A stretch of 64,000 bases of DNA from Anaeramoeba ignava BMAN (Eukaryota; Protista; Anaeramoebae), in the NCBI GenBank assembly GCA_028826165.1, contig JAPDFW010000011.1:186001-250000 (forward strand), in the 5' to 3' direction. This document shows, piece after piece, positions 43,801 through 56,711 of the stretch (position 1 is its first letter; every line of letters begins with the position of its first letter). Made by a program: the position numbers and the translations under genes. A model generated the notes under the pieces. The model had not been told where the DNA came from, did not search any database, and saw only the letters and a program-made list of their open reading frames with translations.

Positions 43801-46800
43801 TTAATCTGCTCTTCTTGGTCTTTTAGGTGTATTAGTTGAATTTTGTTTTTGAGAATTTGGATCAGAAGTTTTTTCAGATTTATTAGAAAATATGAAGAAT
43901 TGCAAAACTAAAATTCCATTAAGAACCACACTTGTCACAGTAGAAATGATAAGTAGTTGATCTTTAACATCTTGAATAACAGTGAAAAGGCGAACAATAG
44001 TTCCCAAAAATGCAAGGAGTGTTGATATCAAAGATAGTTTTCCTGTGCTTTTGTTTTTGAAATTTAGATATATTTGGGGTGCTCTTGAAAGAATTATAAG
44101 TGGTGTTGATAAGAGTTGAAGTTTTTGAAGGATGAAGATATCAATTTGACCAAATGCAGAAGCAGCAATGAATCCAGATGTATATTCAAGAAAAAAAAAA
44201 TAAATAGCAAATCAAGGTTTAAACTTTAAATTTCAAATCTGATTTTAATTTTAATTTTAATTTTAATTTCAAATCTAATTTTGATATTAATTTTGAATTT
44301 AATTTTAATTTTAATTTCAAATCTAATTTTGAATTTAATTTTGAATTTAATTTTAATTTTGATTTTAATTTTAATTTTGATTTTAATTTTAATTTTAATT
44401 TTAATTTTAATTTTAATTTCAAATTTAATTTTAATTTTTATTTCAAATTTAATTTTAATTTTAATTTTAATTTTAATTTTAATTTTAATTTTAATTTTAA
44501 ATTTAATTTTAATTTTAATTTTAATTTTAATTTTAATTTTAATTTTAATTTTAATTTTGATTTTAATTTTGATTTAAAAAAGTAGCATTAATAAAAGGAT
44601 ATATAACTCCAAATGGAATAAAAAATAAGATAGTTTTTTTTGAAAATAAAAAAATCAGAAAAACAATAAGCAAATTTTGAATCAACAAAAAAGCATTTTC
44701 ACCATAAGTTGTTAAAGGAAATTTGCTAAGATAACCATAAACCAACGGAATAGCAACACTTTAAAAGAATAAAATATTATTTTGAAATAAAATATAAATT
44801 TGAAATAAAATATTAATTTGAAATAAAATATTAATTTGAAATAAAATATTATTTGAAATAAAATATTATTTTGAAATAAAATATTATTTTGAAATAAAAT
44901 ATTATATTGAAATAAAATATTAATTTTGAAATAAAATATTATTTTGGAATAAAATATTATTTTGAAATAAAATATTATTTTGAAATAAAATATTATTTTG
45001 GAATAAAATATTTAATTTTATTTGAAATAAAAATATTAATTTGAAATAAAATATTAATTTTTAAAATATTAATTTGAAATAAAAATTAATTTGAAATAAA
45101 ATATTAATTTGAAATAAAAATATTAATTTGAAATAAAAATATAAAATTGAATTTGAAATAAAATATTAATTTGAAATAAAATATTATATTGAAAATTTGG
45201 AATAATAAAAAATATTAATTTGAAATAAAATATTATTTTTGAAATAAAATAAATTTAAAAAATTATTTTTGAAATAAAAAATATTAATTTGAAAATTTTT
45301 GAAATAAAATAAAATATTATTTTGAAATAAAATAAAATATTAATTTGAAATAAAATATTAATTTGAAATAAAATATTATTTTGAAATAAAATATTATTTT
45401 GAAATAAAATATTATTTTGAAATAAAATATTATTTTGAAATAAAATATTATTTTGAAATAAAATATTATTTTGAAATAAAATATTATTTTGAAATAAAAT
45501 AAATTTGAAATAAAATATTATTTTGAAATAAAAATTATTTTGAAAAATATTTTTGAATAAAATATTAATTTGAAATAAAAAATATTAATTTGAAAAAATA
45601 AAATTTATTATTTTGAAATAAAATATTATTTTGAAATAAAATATTATTTTGAAATAAAATATTAATTTGAAATAAAATATTATTTTGAAATAAAATATTA
45701 ATTTGAAATAAAATATTATATTTGAAATAAAATATTATTTTGAAATAAAAAAATATTATTTTGAAATAAAATATTAATTTGAAATAAAATATTATTAATT
45801 TTGGAATAAAATATTTTTGGAATAAAATATTATTTTGAAATAAAATATTTGAATAAAATATTATTTTGAAATAAAATATTATTTTGAAAAAAAAATTTTG
45901 AAATTATTTTTTAAAATAAAATATTATTTTGAAATAAAAATTATTTTGAATAAAATATTAATTTGAAAAAAAATATTAATTTGAAATAAAAATAAAATTT
46001 TGAATAAAAAAATATTAATTTGAAATAAAAATTAATTTGAAATAAAATATTATTTTTGAAATAAAAATTATTAATTTTGAAATAAAATATTAATTTGAAA
46101 TAAAAATAAAAAATAAAAATATTAATTTGAAATAAAAATATTTTGAAATAAAATATTATTTTTGAAATAAAAATTATTTTGAAATAAAATATTAATTTTG
46201 AAATAAAAATTAATTTGAAATAAAATATTATTTGAATAAAATATTATTTTGAAATAAAATATTAATTTGAATAAAATATTATTTTTGAAATAAAATAAAT
46301 GAAAAAATATTAATTTGAAATAAAAAATTTTGAAATAAAAATTAAAAAATAAAAATTAATTTGAAAAAATATTAAAAATAAAATTATTTTGAAATAAAAA
46401 ATATTATTTTGAAATAAAATATAGTAATTTGAAATAAAAATATTAATTTGAAATAAAATATTATTTTGAAATAAAAAATATTATTTTGAATTTTGAAATA
46501 AAATATTATTTTGAAATAAAAAAAATTTGGAAATAAAATATTTTTGAAAATAAATTTTGAAAATATTATTTTGGAATAAAATATTATTTTGAAATAAAAT
46601 ATTATTTTGAAATAAAATATTTATTTGAAATAAAATAAAATTTGAAATAAAATATATTTTGATTAAAAAATAAATATTATTTGAAATAAAATATTATTTT
46701 GAAATAAAATATTAATTTGAAATAAAATATAAATTTTGAAATAAAATATTAATTTGAAATAAAATATTGAAATAAAATATTAATTTTGAAATAAAATATT

Positions 46801-47467
46801 AATTTATTTTGAAATAAAAATATTAATTTGAAAAAAAATATAAATTTGAAATAAAATATTATTTTGGAAAAAAAAATATTATTTTGGAATAAAATATTTA
46901 ATTTGAAATAAAATAAAATTATTATTTTGAAATAAAATATTAATTTTGAAATAAAATATTATTTTATTTTAAAATAAAATAATTTTGAAATAAAATATTA
47001 ATTTGGAGTTGAATAACCAATTATTTTGGAATAAAATATTATATTGAAATAAATAAAAATATTATAAAAATAAATGAAATATTATTTTGAATAAAAATAT
47101 AATAAAAATTTTGAATAAAAATAAAATTCTGACATCAAAGAATTAATTTAAAATAAAAATAAACATCATTACATTTTGAATAAAAAGTCCTTGAAATAAA
47201 ATTTTTCTTTTGAAATATTTTAATAATTTGTGGTACTTTAAGAATTACTGAAAAAACAACTATTCCAAGTCCAAGTAATTTGGATATTATTTGTTTCAAA
47301 CAATTTGTATCCATAATTTTTTGTTCTAAAAGAATTTCATAACATTCTTGACTTATTAAACCAAAGAATTTTTCTATAAAAATAAGTTATAAAAATAAAT
47401 AATATTTTTGATTTTTATTAATTTGAAAAAATTTTTTTTATTATGTTTTTTTACGAGTTGCATTCAT
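43801..47467 (-). CDS. MPDU1: Mannose-P-dolichol utilization defect 1 (MPDU1/Lec35, PQ-loop); exons 47467-47455, 47373-~47165 (end garbled), 44758-44603, 44179-43801
   Basis: CLKQIISKLLGLGIV..LKVPQIIKI, VYGY..FPLTTYGENAFLLIQN, SRAPQIYLNFKNKSTGKLSLIS..GTIVRLFTVIQDVKD..VVLNGILVLQ. Confidence 0.9.
44180..44602 (-). other. U12-type (minor spliceosomal) AT-AC intron, 423 nt, phase 2, in MPDU1
   Basis: 5' end ATATCCTTTT at 44602; CCTTGAT at 44217-44211 matches the CCTTRAY branch consensus; 3' end TATAC at 44180. Splicing gives in-frame FGV-I-SGFIAA. The last upstream AG gives TTT AAA CCT TGA (stop) in the required phase. Confidence 0.9.
44770..47120. repeat. ~19-20-bp minisatellite (TTTGAAATAAAATATTATT)n filling MPDU1 intron 2
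   Basis: Directly visible; irregular homopolymer lengths suggest lower consensus quality. Confidence 0.9.
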
Positions 47468-47943
47468 TTTTAATTTAATTGGAATGAAATTTAATTTAAA
47501 AATGAAAAATGAAAAATGAAAAATGAAAAAAAAATTTTTTTTATTATTTTTTGAAAAGAAAAAAAAGAAAGAAAATGAATTTAAACTTGATTTCTATTTC
47601 AGATTTGATTTTAGATTTAAATTTGATTTCTATTTTTGAATTTGATTTCTATTTTAAATTTGATTTCTATTTTAAATTTGATTTCTATTTTGATTTTGAT
47701 TTTGATTTTGATTTTGATTTTGAATTTGAATCTGATTTCGATTTTTGATTTTAAATTTGAATTTGATTTCTATTTTTGATTTTAAATTTGAATTTGATTT
47801 CTATTTTGAATTTAATTTCTATTTTGATTTTGATTTTGAATTTGAATCTAAATTTGATTTCTATTTTAAATTTAATTTCTATTTTTGATTTGATTTGATT
47901 TCTATTTCTATTTCTATTTCTATTTCAATTTTGATTATTTGCT

Positions 47944-49872
47944 TTACGTTTTTCTATTTTTGATTTCTATTTTTATTTTGAAATTTCTTTTTATTTCCAT
48001 TTTGATTTCTATTTTTATTTTGATTTCTATTTTTATTTTGGAATTTCTTTTTATTTTTATTTTTATTTTGATTTTGATTTTTATTTTCATTTTGATTTTC
48101 ATTTTCATTTTCATTTTCATTTTCATTTTGATTTTGATTTTCATCTTCATTTTCATTTTCATCTTGATTTTCATCTTGATTTTCATCTTGATTTTTATTT
48201 TCATTTTCATTTTCATTTTCATTTTCATTTTCATTTTCATTTTCATTTCATTTTCATTTTGATTTTCATTTTCATTTTCATTTTCATTTTCATCATTATC
48301 ATCATCAAAATCAAAATCATCAAAAATTTCATTTTCATTTTCATCCAAATCAATGGAAACATTTGGAATTTTATTACTCAACTTTTTGAGTTTAGCGATA
48401 AAAAAGCCATCCATATTCAATTTATGAGGATAAATTCTTCTAGCGAGTTTAAGACTAGAATTGAACCTTCTTTCTCTAAATTTAGTAAGACCAGGATCAC
48501 CGAATTCGATCCCAGTACTAACAAGTTTAACATGCCTTTTCCTTAACGCGTAATCAATAACCCACTCATTCTCCTCAATAGTAACAGAGCAGGTTGAGTA
48601 TACAATATAACCTCCAGTTTTAGAGTTTGCATTTACTGAATCGATAGCGGAAAGAATAAGTTCTTTTTGAAGATGAGTTGATCGTCTGACATCTTTGATG
48701 CCTTTAGTAAGCTTTATAGAATTATCCCTAGAAACGACACCCAAGCCAGTGCACGGAGCATCCAAGAGAACTCTATCGAAGCCACCAAGAACCTTTGGGA
48801 AATCGCGACCGTCATGCATTGTAACAAGAGTATTTTTGACACCGAGTCGATGAATATTCGAAATCAAAGATTTGATTCGATCTTGATTTGGATCATTAGC
48901 GACCAAAATACCGGTATTCTTCATAAGACTTGCAATATGAGTAGTTTTGCCACCGGGAGCCGCAGACATATCGAGTATTCTTTCATGCTCCTGCGGGGCT
49001 AGTGCCATCACAGGGAGGAAACTGGCGGCGGATTGAAGCATGTAATATCCGGCTAAATATTCTGGAGTAGCACCAAGTGGCACTTGTGATTCGTACACTA
49101 CGAGCCCCACATTACTCCACTTGGCAAGAGGATCGAGGTTAACTCCTCGATGGATTAAGATCTGCGCTAAGTCTCTTCTTCGCGTTTTCAAAGTGTTTGT
49201 TCGGATAGTCACTGGTCTAGGTGCTTCGTTTGCCTCAAGAAACTCAATTAATTCTGACACTGAAAAAAGTTGGGAAAATTTCTGAATGATGAACCGATTG
49301 TATCCGTAATACTCAGACAAATTATTATATAGTTTTTTCAAGTACCATTTTCGACTTCGATTTCCTTCGCGATTTTTTTGGTAATCAGACAAAACATATA
49401 CTATGTCCCCAATTCGTTGCTTCAGAAGCGCTAAATCCGCCCCTTCGTTTAATGGCTTGCTGATTTGTTGTCCTGATTCAAATACTATCGTTTGTTGTTC
49501 CGCTATGTTCGTTTGAAGCTCTTCTGCTCCATCTTCAATCTCTTTTTTTCTTTCTTTTTCAATTTGTTTTGATTCTTCTATCAGTTTGCTCATTTCGTCT
49601 TCGTCTTCGTCTTCGTAATCTTCTTCTTTTTGTGGTGTTTTTTCTAGTTTGAGTTTGATTTTTTGGGGTTCTTTTTCTTATAATAAATAAAATACAATTT
49701 GAATTAAATTAAAATTATGAATTAAAAAATTTCAATTAAATTAAATGATTTATTTACTTTCTTCCTTCATTTCAATTACTTTCGTTTGAATTGGCTTCTT
49801 AGATTTATTTACTTTTCTTTTTTTAGGTTCATTTATACCTATATCTTCTTCTTCAAATTTAATTCTTGACAT
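47944..49872 (-). CDS. NOP2: Large-subunit rRNA m5C methyltransferase Nop2/NSUN1; exons 49872-49758, 49676-47944; tail probably frameshifted
   Basis: RTNTLKTRRRDLAQILIHRGVNLDP, GATPEYLAGYYMLQ, ILDMSAAPGGKT, FDRVLLDAPCTG, YSTCSVTIEENE, MDGFFIAKL. Confidence 0.96.
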
Positions 49873-49934
49873 TTTAAAAAGAAATGAAAAAAATGAAAAA
49901 AAATGAAAAAAATGAAAAAAAATTTTTTATTGGA

Positions 49935-51950
49935 TTTTATTTTAAATTTTATTTTAAATTTTATTTTAGATTTCATTTTAGATTTCATTTTAAATTTCAT
50001 TTTAAATTGTATTTTAAATTGTATTTTAAATTTCATTTTAAATTTTATTTTAGATTTCATTTTAAATTGTATTTTAAGTTTCATTTTAAATTGTATTTTA
50101 AATTTCATTTTAAATTTCATTTTAAATTTCATTTTAAATTTCATTTTAAATTTCATTTTAGATTTTATTTTAGATTTCATTTTAGATTTCATTTTAAATT
50201 TCATTTTAAATTGTATTTTGAATTTCATTTTAGATTTCATTTTAAATTTCATTTTAAATTTCATTTTAAATTTCATTTTAAATTTCATTTTAAATTTCAT
50301 TTTAGATTTCATTTTAGATTTCATTTTAAATTGTATTTTAAATTTCATTTTAAATTTCATTTTAAATTTCATTGTAGATTTCATTTTAGATTTCATTTTA
50401 GATTTCATTTTAGATTTCATTTTAAATTTCATTTTAAATTGTATTGTAAATTTCATTGTAGATTTCATTTTAAATTGTATTTTAGATTGTATTTTAGATT
50501 TCATTGTAAATTTCATTTTAGATTTCATTGTAAATTTCATTTTAGATTTCATTTTAAATTTCATTTTAGATTTCATTTTAGATTTCATTTTAAATTTCAT
50601 TGTAGATTTCATTATAAATTTTATTTTAGATTTCATTTTAAATTTCATTGTAAATTTTATTTTAAATTTTATTTTAAATTGTATTTTAGATTTCATTTTA
50701 GATTTCATTTTAAATTTCATTTTAAATTTCATTTTAAATTTCATTTTAAATTTCATTTTAAATTTCATTTTAGATTTCATTTTAGATTTCATTTTAAATT
50801 TCATTGTAGATTTCATTATAAATTTTATTTTAGATTTCATTTTAAATTTCATTGTAAATTTTATTTTAAATTTTATTTTAAATTGTATTTTAAGTTTCAT
50901 TTTAAATTTCATTTTAAATTTCATTTTAAATTTCATTTTAAATTTCATTTTAGATTTCATTTTAAATTTTATTTTAAATTTTATTTTAAATTGTATTTTA
51001 AGTTTCATTTTAGATTTCATTTTAGATTGTATTTTAAATTGTATTTTAGATTGTATTTTAGATTGTATTTTAAATTTCATTTTAAATTTTATTTTAAATT
51101 TTATTTTAAATTTCATTTTAAATTTCATTTTAAATTTTATTTTGAATTTCATTTTAAATTGTATTGTAAATTTCATTGTAGATTTCATTTTAAATTGTAT
51201 TTTAGATTGTATTTTAGATTGTATTTTAGATTTCATTTTAAATTTCATTTTAAATTTTATTTTAAATTTCATTGTAAATTTTATTTTAGATTTTATTTTA
51301 AATTTTATTTTAAATTTTATTTTAAATTTCATTTTAAATTGTATTTTAGATTTCATTTTAAATTTTATTTTAAATTTCATTTTAAATTTTATTTTAAATT
51401 TCATTTTAAATTTTATTTTAAATTTTATTTTAAATTTCATTTTAAATTTCATTTTAAATTTCATTGTAAATTTTATTTTAAATTGTATTTTAAATTGTAT
51501 TTTAAATTGTATTTTAGATTTTATTTTAGATTGTATTTTAAATTTCATTTTAAATTTCATTTTAGATTTCATTTTAAATTTTATTTTAAATTGTATTTTA
51601 AATTGTATTTTAAATTGTATTTTAAATTTCATTGTAAATTTTATTTTAGATTTTATTTTGAATTTCATTGTAAATTTTATTGTAGATTTCATTTTAGATT
51701 TCATTTTAAATTCCATTTTAAATTTCATTTTAAATTCCATTTTAAATTTCATTTTAAATTTCATTTTAAATTGTATTTTAAATTTTATTTTAAATTTTAT
51801 TTTAAATTTTATTTTAAATTTCATTTTAAATTTCATTTTAAGTTTCATTTTAGATTTCATTTTGAATTGTATTTTAAATTTCATTTTAAATTTCATTTTA
51901 AGTTTCATTTTAGATTTTATTTTGAATTGTATTTTAAATTGTATTTTAGA
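49935..51950. repeat. 2-kb intergenic 12-bp array (TTTTA[A/G]ATT[TC/TT/GT]A)n with higher-order block duplication
   Basis: Lies between the NOP2 start and the DUF1648-gene stop; produces three ~700-codon spurious ORFs. Confidence 0.95.
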
Positions 51951-51957
51951 TTTTCAA

Positions 51958-52512
51958 TTAAAAACGATCACTTGGATCATCATTATGGTTTAACCAAATT
52001 GCATTTTTAGGTTTTTTAAATCTCAAAAGAAGTTTCACAATTACGAATATAAAGAATAGAATAAAAACAATAAAATCAACAATAAAAATCCAAGCATAAG
52101 GAGGTTTTTCATGAGGATCTCTAACATTAGCAGCAAAAATAACAGCAAAAAGAATAATCAAAAACAACTGAATAACAATTCCCATTGAAAACAAATAAGA
52201 ACTCAAAACACGAAATGTTCTTGATTTTCTACTTGGCGATAACCAGTATTCCTTATTTGGCATATTAATTGAACTTTCGGGACAAACCCTAATACAAAAT
52301 GGAAGTGAAAAAAAAAGCAATCCAATTAATGTCCCTGCAACCCAATAAACAGCTATTAAGGTCCATTTGCCGGAATATCCGGTTGGTTTTCCATCAAAAG
52401 AATAATGTGATGCACATTCATCAGGTAAATATTTCGAATAAATTCCTCCATGTATCCAAACTACTAAAATTAACCCTAAAATTGTAAGCATAGATAAACT
52501 GTATGAATTCAT
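51958..52512 (-). CDS. DUF1648-like (SdpI/YhfL-related) 4-TM membrane protein, intronless, 184 aa
   Basis: TM-LPDECASHYSFDGKPTGYSGK-TM matches the DUF1648 LP..vp.Hf...G.pd....K pattern; INMPNKEYWLSP motif recalled from bacterial members. Confidence 0.7.
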   Translation of the reverse strand: MNSYSLSMLTILGLILVVWIHGGIYSKYLPDECASHYSFDGKPTGYSGKWTLIAVYWVAGTLIGLLFFSLPFCIRVCPESSINMPNKEYWLSPSRKSRTFRVLSSYLFSMGIVIQLFLIILFAVIFAANVRDPHEKPPYAWIFIVDFIVFILFFIFVIVKLLLRFKKPKNAIWLNHNDDPSDRF

Positions 52513-52673
52513 CTTATTATTATTATTTAAAAAAGAAAATGAAAAAAATGGAAAAATAAAAAAAGAAAATATCAAAAAAAAAAGGCGAAAAAAAATTAAA
52601 TAAAATTATTTCTTAATTCATTTTTTTTATTTCTTTCCAAATTAAAAATAAAAGAAAAAGCAAAAAAAAAATA

Positions 52674-55251
52674 ATGAAACCAATTTTACTTAAAAAAGGT
52701 CACAAACAATTTATTCCTTTTCAAATCAAAAATCAATTACTTTATAAATTTGCTTCTTCTATTACTCCTGATAAAGATATTATCAAAGAAAATGTTGTTG
52801 TTGTTCTTGGAACTCAATGGGGAGATGAGGGAAAAGGCAAATTAATTGACCAAATTTCCAATCAATTTGATTTTGTTGCTCGTGTACAAGGTGGTTCTAA
52901 TGCTGGTAACTTTTAAAATTATTATTAAAATTGTTATTAAATTTGTTCTCAATTGATTATTAAATTTATTATTAAATTTATTATTAAAATTATTATTAAA
53001 ATTATTATTAAAATTTATTATTAAATTTATTATTAAAATTATTATTAATATTATTATTAAATTTATTATTAAAATTATTATTAATATTATTATTAAATTT
53101 ATTATTAAATTATTATTTAAATTATTATTTAAATTATTATTAAAATTATTATTTAAATTTATTATTAAAATTATTATTAAAATTATTATTAAAATTATTA
53201 TTAAAATTATTATTAAATTTATTATTAAAATTATTATTAAATTTATTATTAAAATTATTATTAAAATTATTATTAAATTTATTATTTAATTGATAAAATA
53301 AAAAGGTCACACAATCAAAAGTGGAAATCATAAATTTGCGATGCATTTAGTACCAAGTGGAATTTTAAATCCAAAATCACAATGTGTTGTTGGAAATGGA
53401 GTTGTTGTTCATCTTCCAACAATGTTTGATGAAATTAAATCCTTAGAAGCTGGTGGAATTCATTGGGCTAAAAAGAATTTAAAGGTTAGTGACAGAGCTC
53501 ATATTTTATTTGATTTTCATCAACAAGTTGATGGAATGCAAGAAGGTCAACGTGCAGAAAAAGATCAAATTGGAACAACTAAAAAAGGAATTGGCCCGTA
53601 AAATTAAAATTTAAATTCAAATTTAAATTCAAATCCAAAATCAAATCCAAATTAAATTAAAATTCAAATTCAAAATTCAAAATTCAAAAATCAAAATTAA
53701 AATTTAAATTTAAATCCAAAATTTAAATCAAATTCAAATTTAAATTCAAATTAAAATTAAAATTCAAAATTAAAATTAAATTAAATTTAAATCAAATTCA
53801 AAAATTAAATTAAATGAAATTTAAATCAAATTAAATTCAAATTTAAAATTCAAAATTAAATTTAAATTCAAATTTAAATTTAAATTCAAATTAAATTCAA
53901 ATCAAATTCAAAATTAAATCCAAATCAAATTCAAAATTAAAATTCAAATTAAAAATTCAAAAAGATGTTATTCTTCCAAAATGAATCGAGAAAATCTTCG
54001 TTTTTGTGATCTTGTTGATATTCACAAAGATCCAAAAAAAAGAGAAGATTTCTTTGCAAAATTCAAATTGATTGCTGGAAATCATATGACAAGATTCCCT
54101 CTTTTAAAAGTCAATTTACAAGAAGAATTAGAAAAATATATGAATTTTTCAAGAATTATGTCTGAGAATAACATGATTTCAAACACAGTTCATTTAATAA
54201 ATGAAGCTATTGACACAAAACAAAAGGTTTTAATTGAATGTGCAAATGCAACAATGCTTTCAATTGATTTTGGAACGTAAATAATTTTTAATTTTTGATT
54301 TTAATTTTAATTTTAATTTTAATATTAATTTTAATTTTAATTTTAATTTTAATTTTAATTTTAATTTTAATTTTAATTTTAATTTTAATTTTAATTATGA
54401 TTTTAATTTTAATTTTAATTTTAATTTTAGATTTCATTTTAGATTTCATTTTAATTTTGATTTTGATTTTAATTTTAATTTTAATTTTAATTTTAATTTT
54501 AATATTGAATTTTAATATTTAATTTTAATTTTAATTTTAATTTTGATTTTAATTTTAATTTTATTTTGATTTTAATTTTAATATTGAATTTTAATTTTGA
54601 ATTTCAATATTGAATTTTAATTTTATAAATGATTTTAAATTTTAATAAAAAAAAAGTTATCCATTTGTAACAAGCTCAAATTGTGATATTGGAGGAGTTT
54701 GCACAGGATTAGGAGTTTCACCAAAATGTTTCAAAGATTCATTCGTAATTGGAGTAACAAAATGCTATTGCACTCGAGTAGGATCAGGACCTTTCCCAAC
54801 AGAGCTCTTTGACGAAACAGGAGAACAACTACGCAAAGCAGGACATGAATTCGGAACAACAACAGGAAGACCAAGAAGATGTGGTTGGATTGATACAGTT
54901 GCTCTTAATTATGCTGTAATGATCAACAGAATTGACGCTTTTATTCTTACAAAATTGGATGTTTTGACAGGAATGAAAGAAATCAAAATTGGATACAAGT
55001 ATATATATCCAGATGGTTCAGAATCAACAGTGGATTTCCCTGCAGATCTTCGCAAACTTGAAAACGTTAAAGTTGCTTACAAAACTTTCAAAGGTTGGAA
55101 TCAAGATATTTCAAAATGCAAAACTTTCGATTCCCTTCCAAAAGAAGCTCAAGATTTAGTTCTCGAAATTGAAAAACTTACTCGCTGCTTCATTAAATAT
55201 ATCGGTGTTGGTCCTGACCGTTCAGAAATTATTATCAGAGAAAAGAATTAA
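52674..55251 (+). CDS. ADSS: Adenylosuccinate synthetase with N-terminal extension, 476 aa; exons 52674-52905, 53306-53597, 53965-54276, 54657-55251
   Basis: [87 protein letters not shown]. Confidence 0.97.
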
Positions 55252-55369
55252 TTCAAATCAAAAACAAAAAAAAATTTTTTTTCTTTCAGATTCCACTTTT
55301 TTTTTTGCTTTTTTTTTTGAATTTTTTGCTTTTTTTTTTTTTTCAATTTTTCTTTAATAAAATGGAAAA

Positions 55370-56580
55370 AATTCAATTTAATTTTATTTAAATAATTTAA
55401 TTAAATTTTATTCCAATTTTTTGATTTAAAATAGATTTAATTTTATTTAAATAATTTAATTAAAATTTATTCCAATTTTTTTGATTTAAAATTAATTTAA
55501 TTTTATTTAAATAATTTAATTAAAATTTATTCCACTTTTTTTATTTAATAGATTTAATTTTATTTAATTAAAATTTATTCCAATTTTTTGAATTAAAATT
55601 AATTTAATTTTATTTAAATAATTTAATTAAAATTTATTCCACTTTTTTGATTTAAAATAGATTTAATTTTATTTAAATAATTTAATTAAAATTTATTCCA
55701 CTTTTTTGATTTAAAATTGATTTAATTTTATTAAAATAATTTAATTAAAATTTATTCCAATTTTTGATTAAAAATAGATTTAATTTTATTTAAATAATTT
55801 AATTAAAATTTATTCCAATTTTTAATTAAAATTAATTTAATTTTATTTAATTAAAATTTATTCCAATTTTTGAATTAAAATTGATTTAATTTTATTTAAA
55901 ATAATTTAATTAAAATTTATTCCACTTTTTGATTTAAAATTGATTTAATTTTATTTAAATAATTTAATTAAAATTTATTCCAATTTTTATTTAATAGATT
56001 TAATTTTATTTAAAATAATTTTATTAAAATTTATTCCACTTTTTGATTTTAAAATAGATTTAATTTTATTTAAATAATTTAATTAAAATTTATTCCAATT
56101 TTTATTTAATAGATTTAATTTTATTTAAAATAATTTTATTAAAATTTATTCCACTTTTTATTTAATTTATTTAATTTTATTTTGAATAATTTAATTATAA
56201 TTTATTCCAATTTTTGATTAAATAGATTTAATTTTATTTAAATAATTTTATTAAAATTTATTCCAATTTTTTTGATTTAAAATTAGATTTAATTTTATTT
56301 AAATAATTTAATTAAAATTTATTCCACTTTTTTGATTTAATAGATTTAATTTTATTTAAATAATTTAATTAAAATTTATTCCAATTTTTTGATTTAAAAT
56401 TAATTTAATTTTATTTAAATAATTTAATTAAAATTTATTCAATTTTTGAATTAAAATTGATTTAATTCTATTTAAATAATTTTATTAAAATTTATTCCAC
56501 TTTTTTGATTTAAAATTGATTTAATTTTATTTAAATAATTTAATTAAAATTTATTCCACTTTTTTGATTTAATAGATTTA
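55370..56580. repeat. ~57-60-bp minisatellite (~20 copies) with core AAAATTTATTCCA(C/A)TTTTT
   Basis: Unit approximately AATAGATTTAATTTTATTTAAATAATTTAATTAAAATTTATTCCACTTTTTTGATTTAA. Confidence 0.9.
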
Positions 56581-56711
56581 AAAATGGAAATGAAAAAATT
56601 TTTTTTTTGTAAATTAAAAAGAAGAAAAAGAAAAAAATTTTTTCATTTTTTTTCTTTTTTTTTTTTATTTTAATTTTTTTTTTCTTTTTAATTGTTTTTA
56701 ATTTAAAAATA

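Noticed and set aside
49839-52010. Three overlapping ~700-aa ORFs (MKFK/FKFH/LNFI repeats)
   Set aside because: Translations of a stop-free 12-bp array on both strands; no protein-like complexity.
55370-56580. CRISPR-like regular repeat
   Set aside because: Contiguous units with no unique spacers, no cas genes, eukaryotic context.
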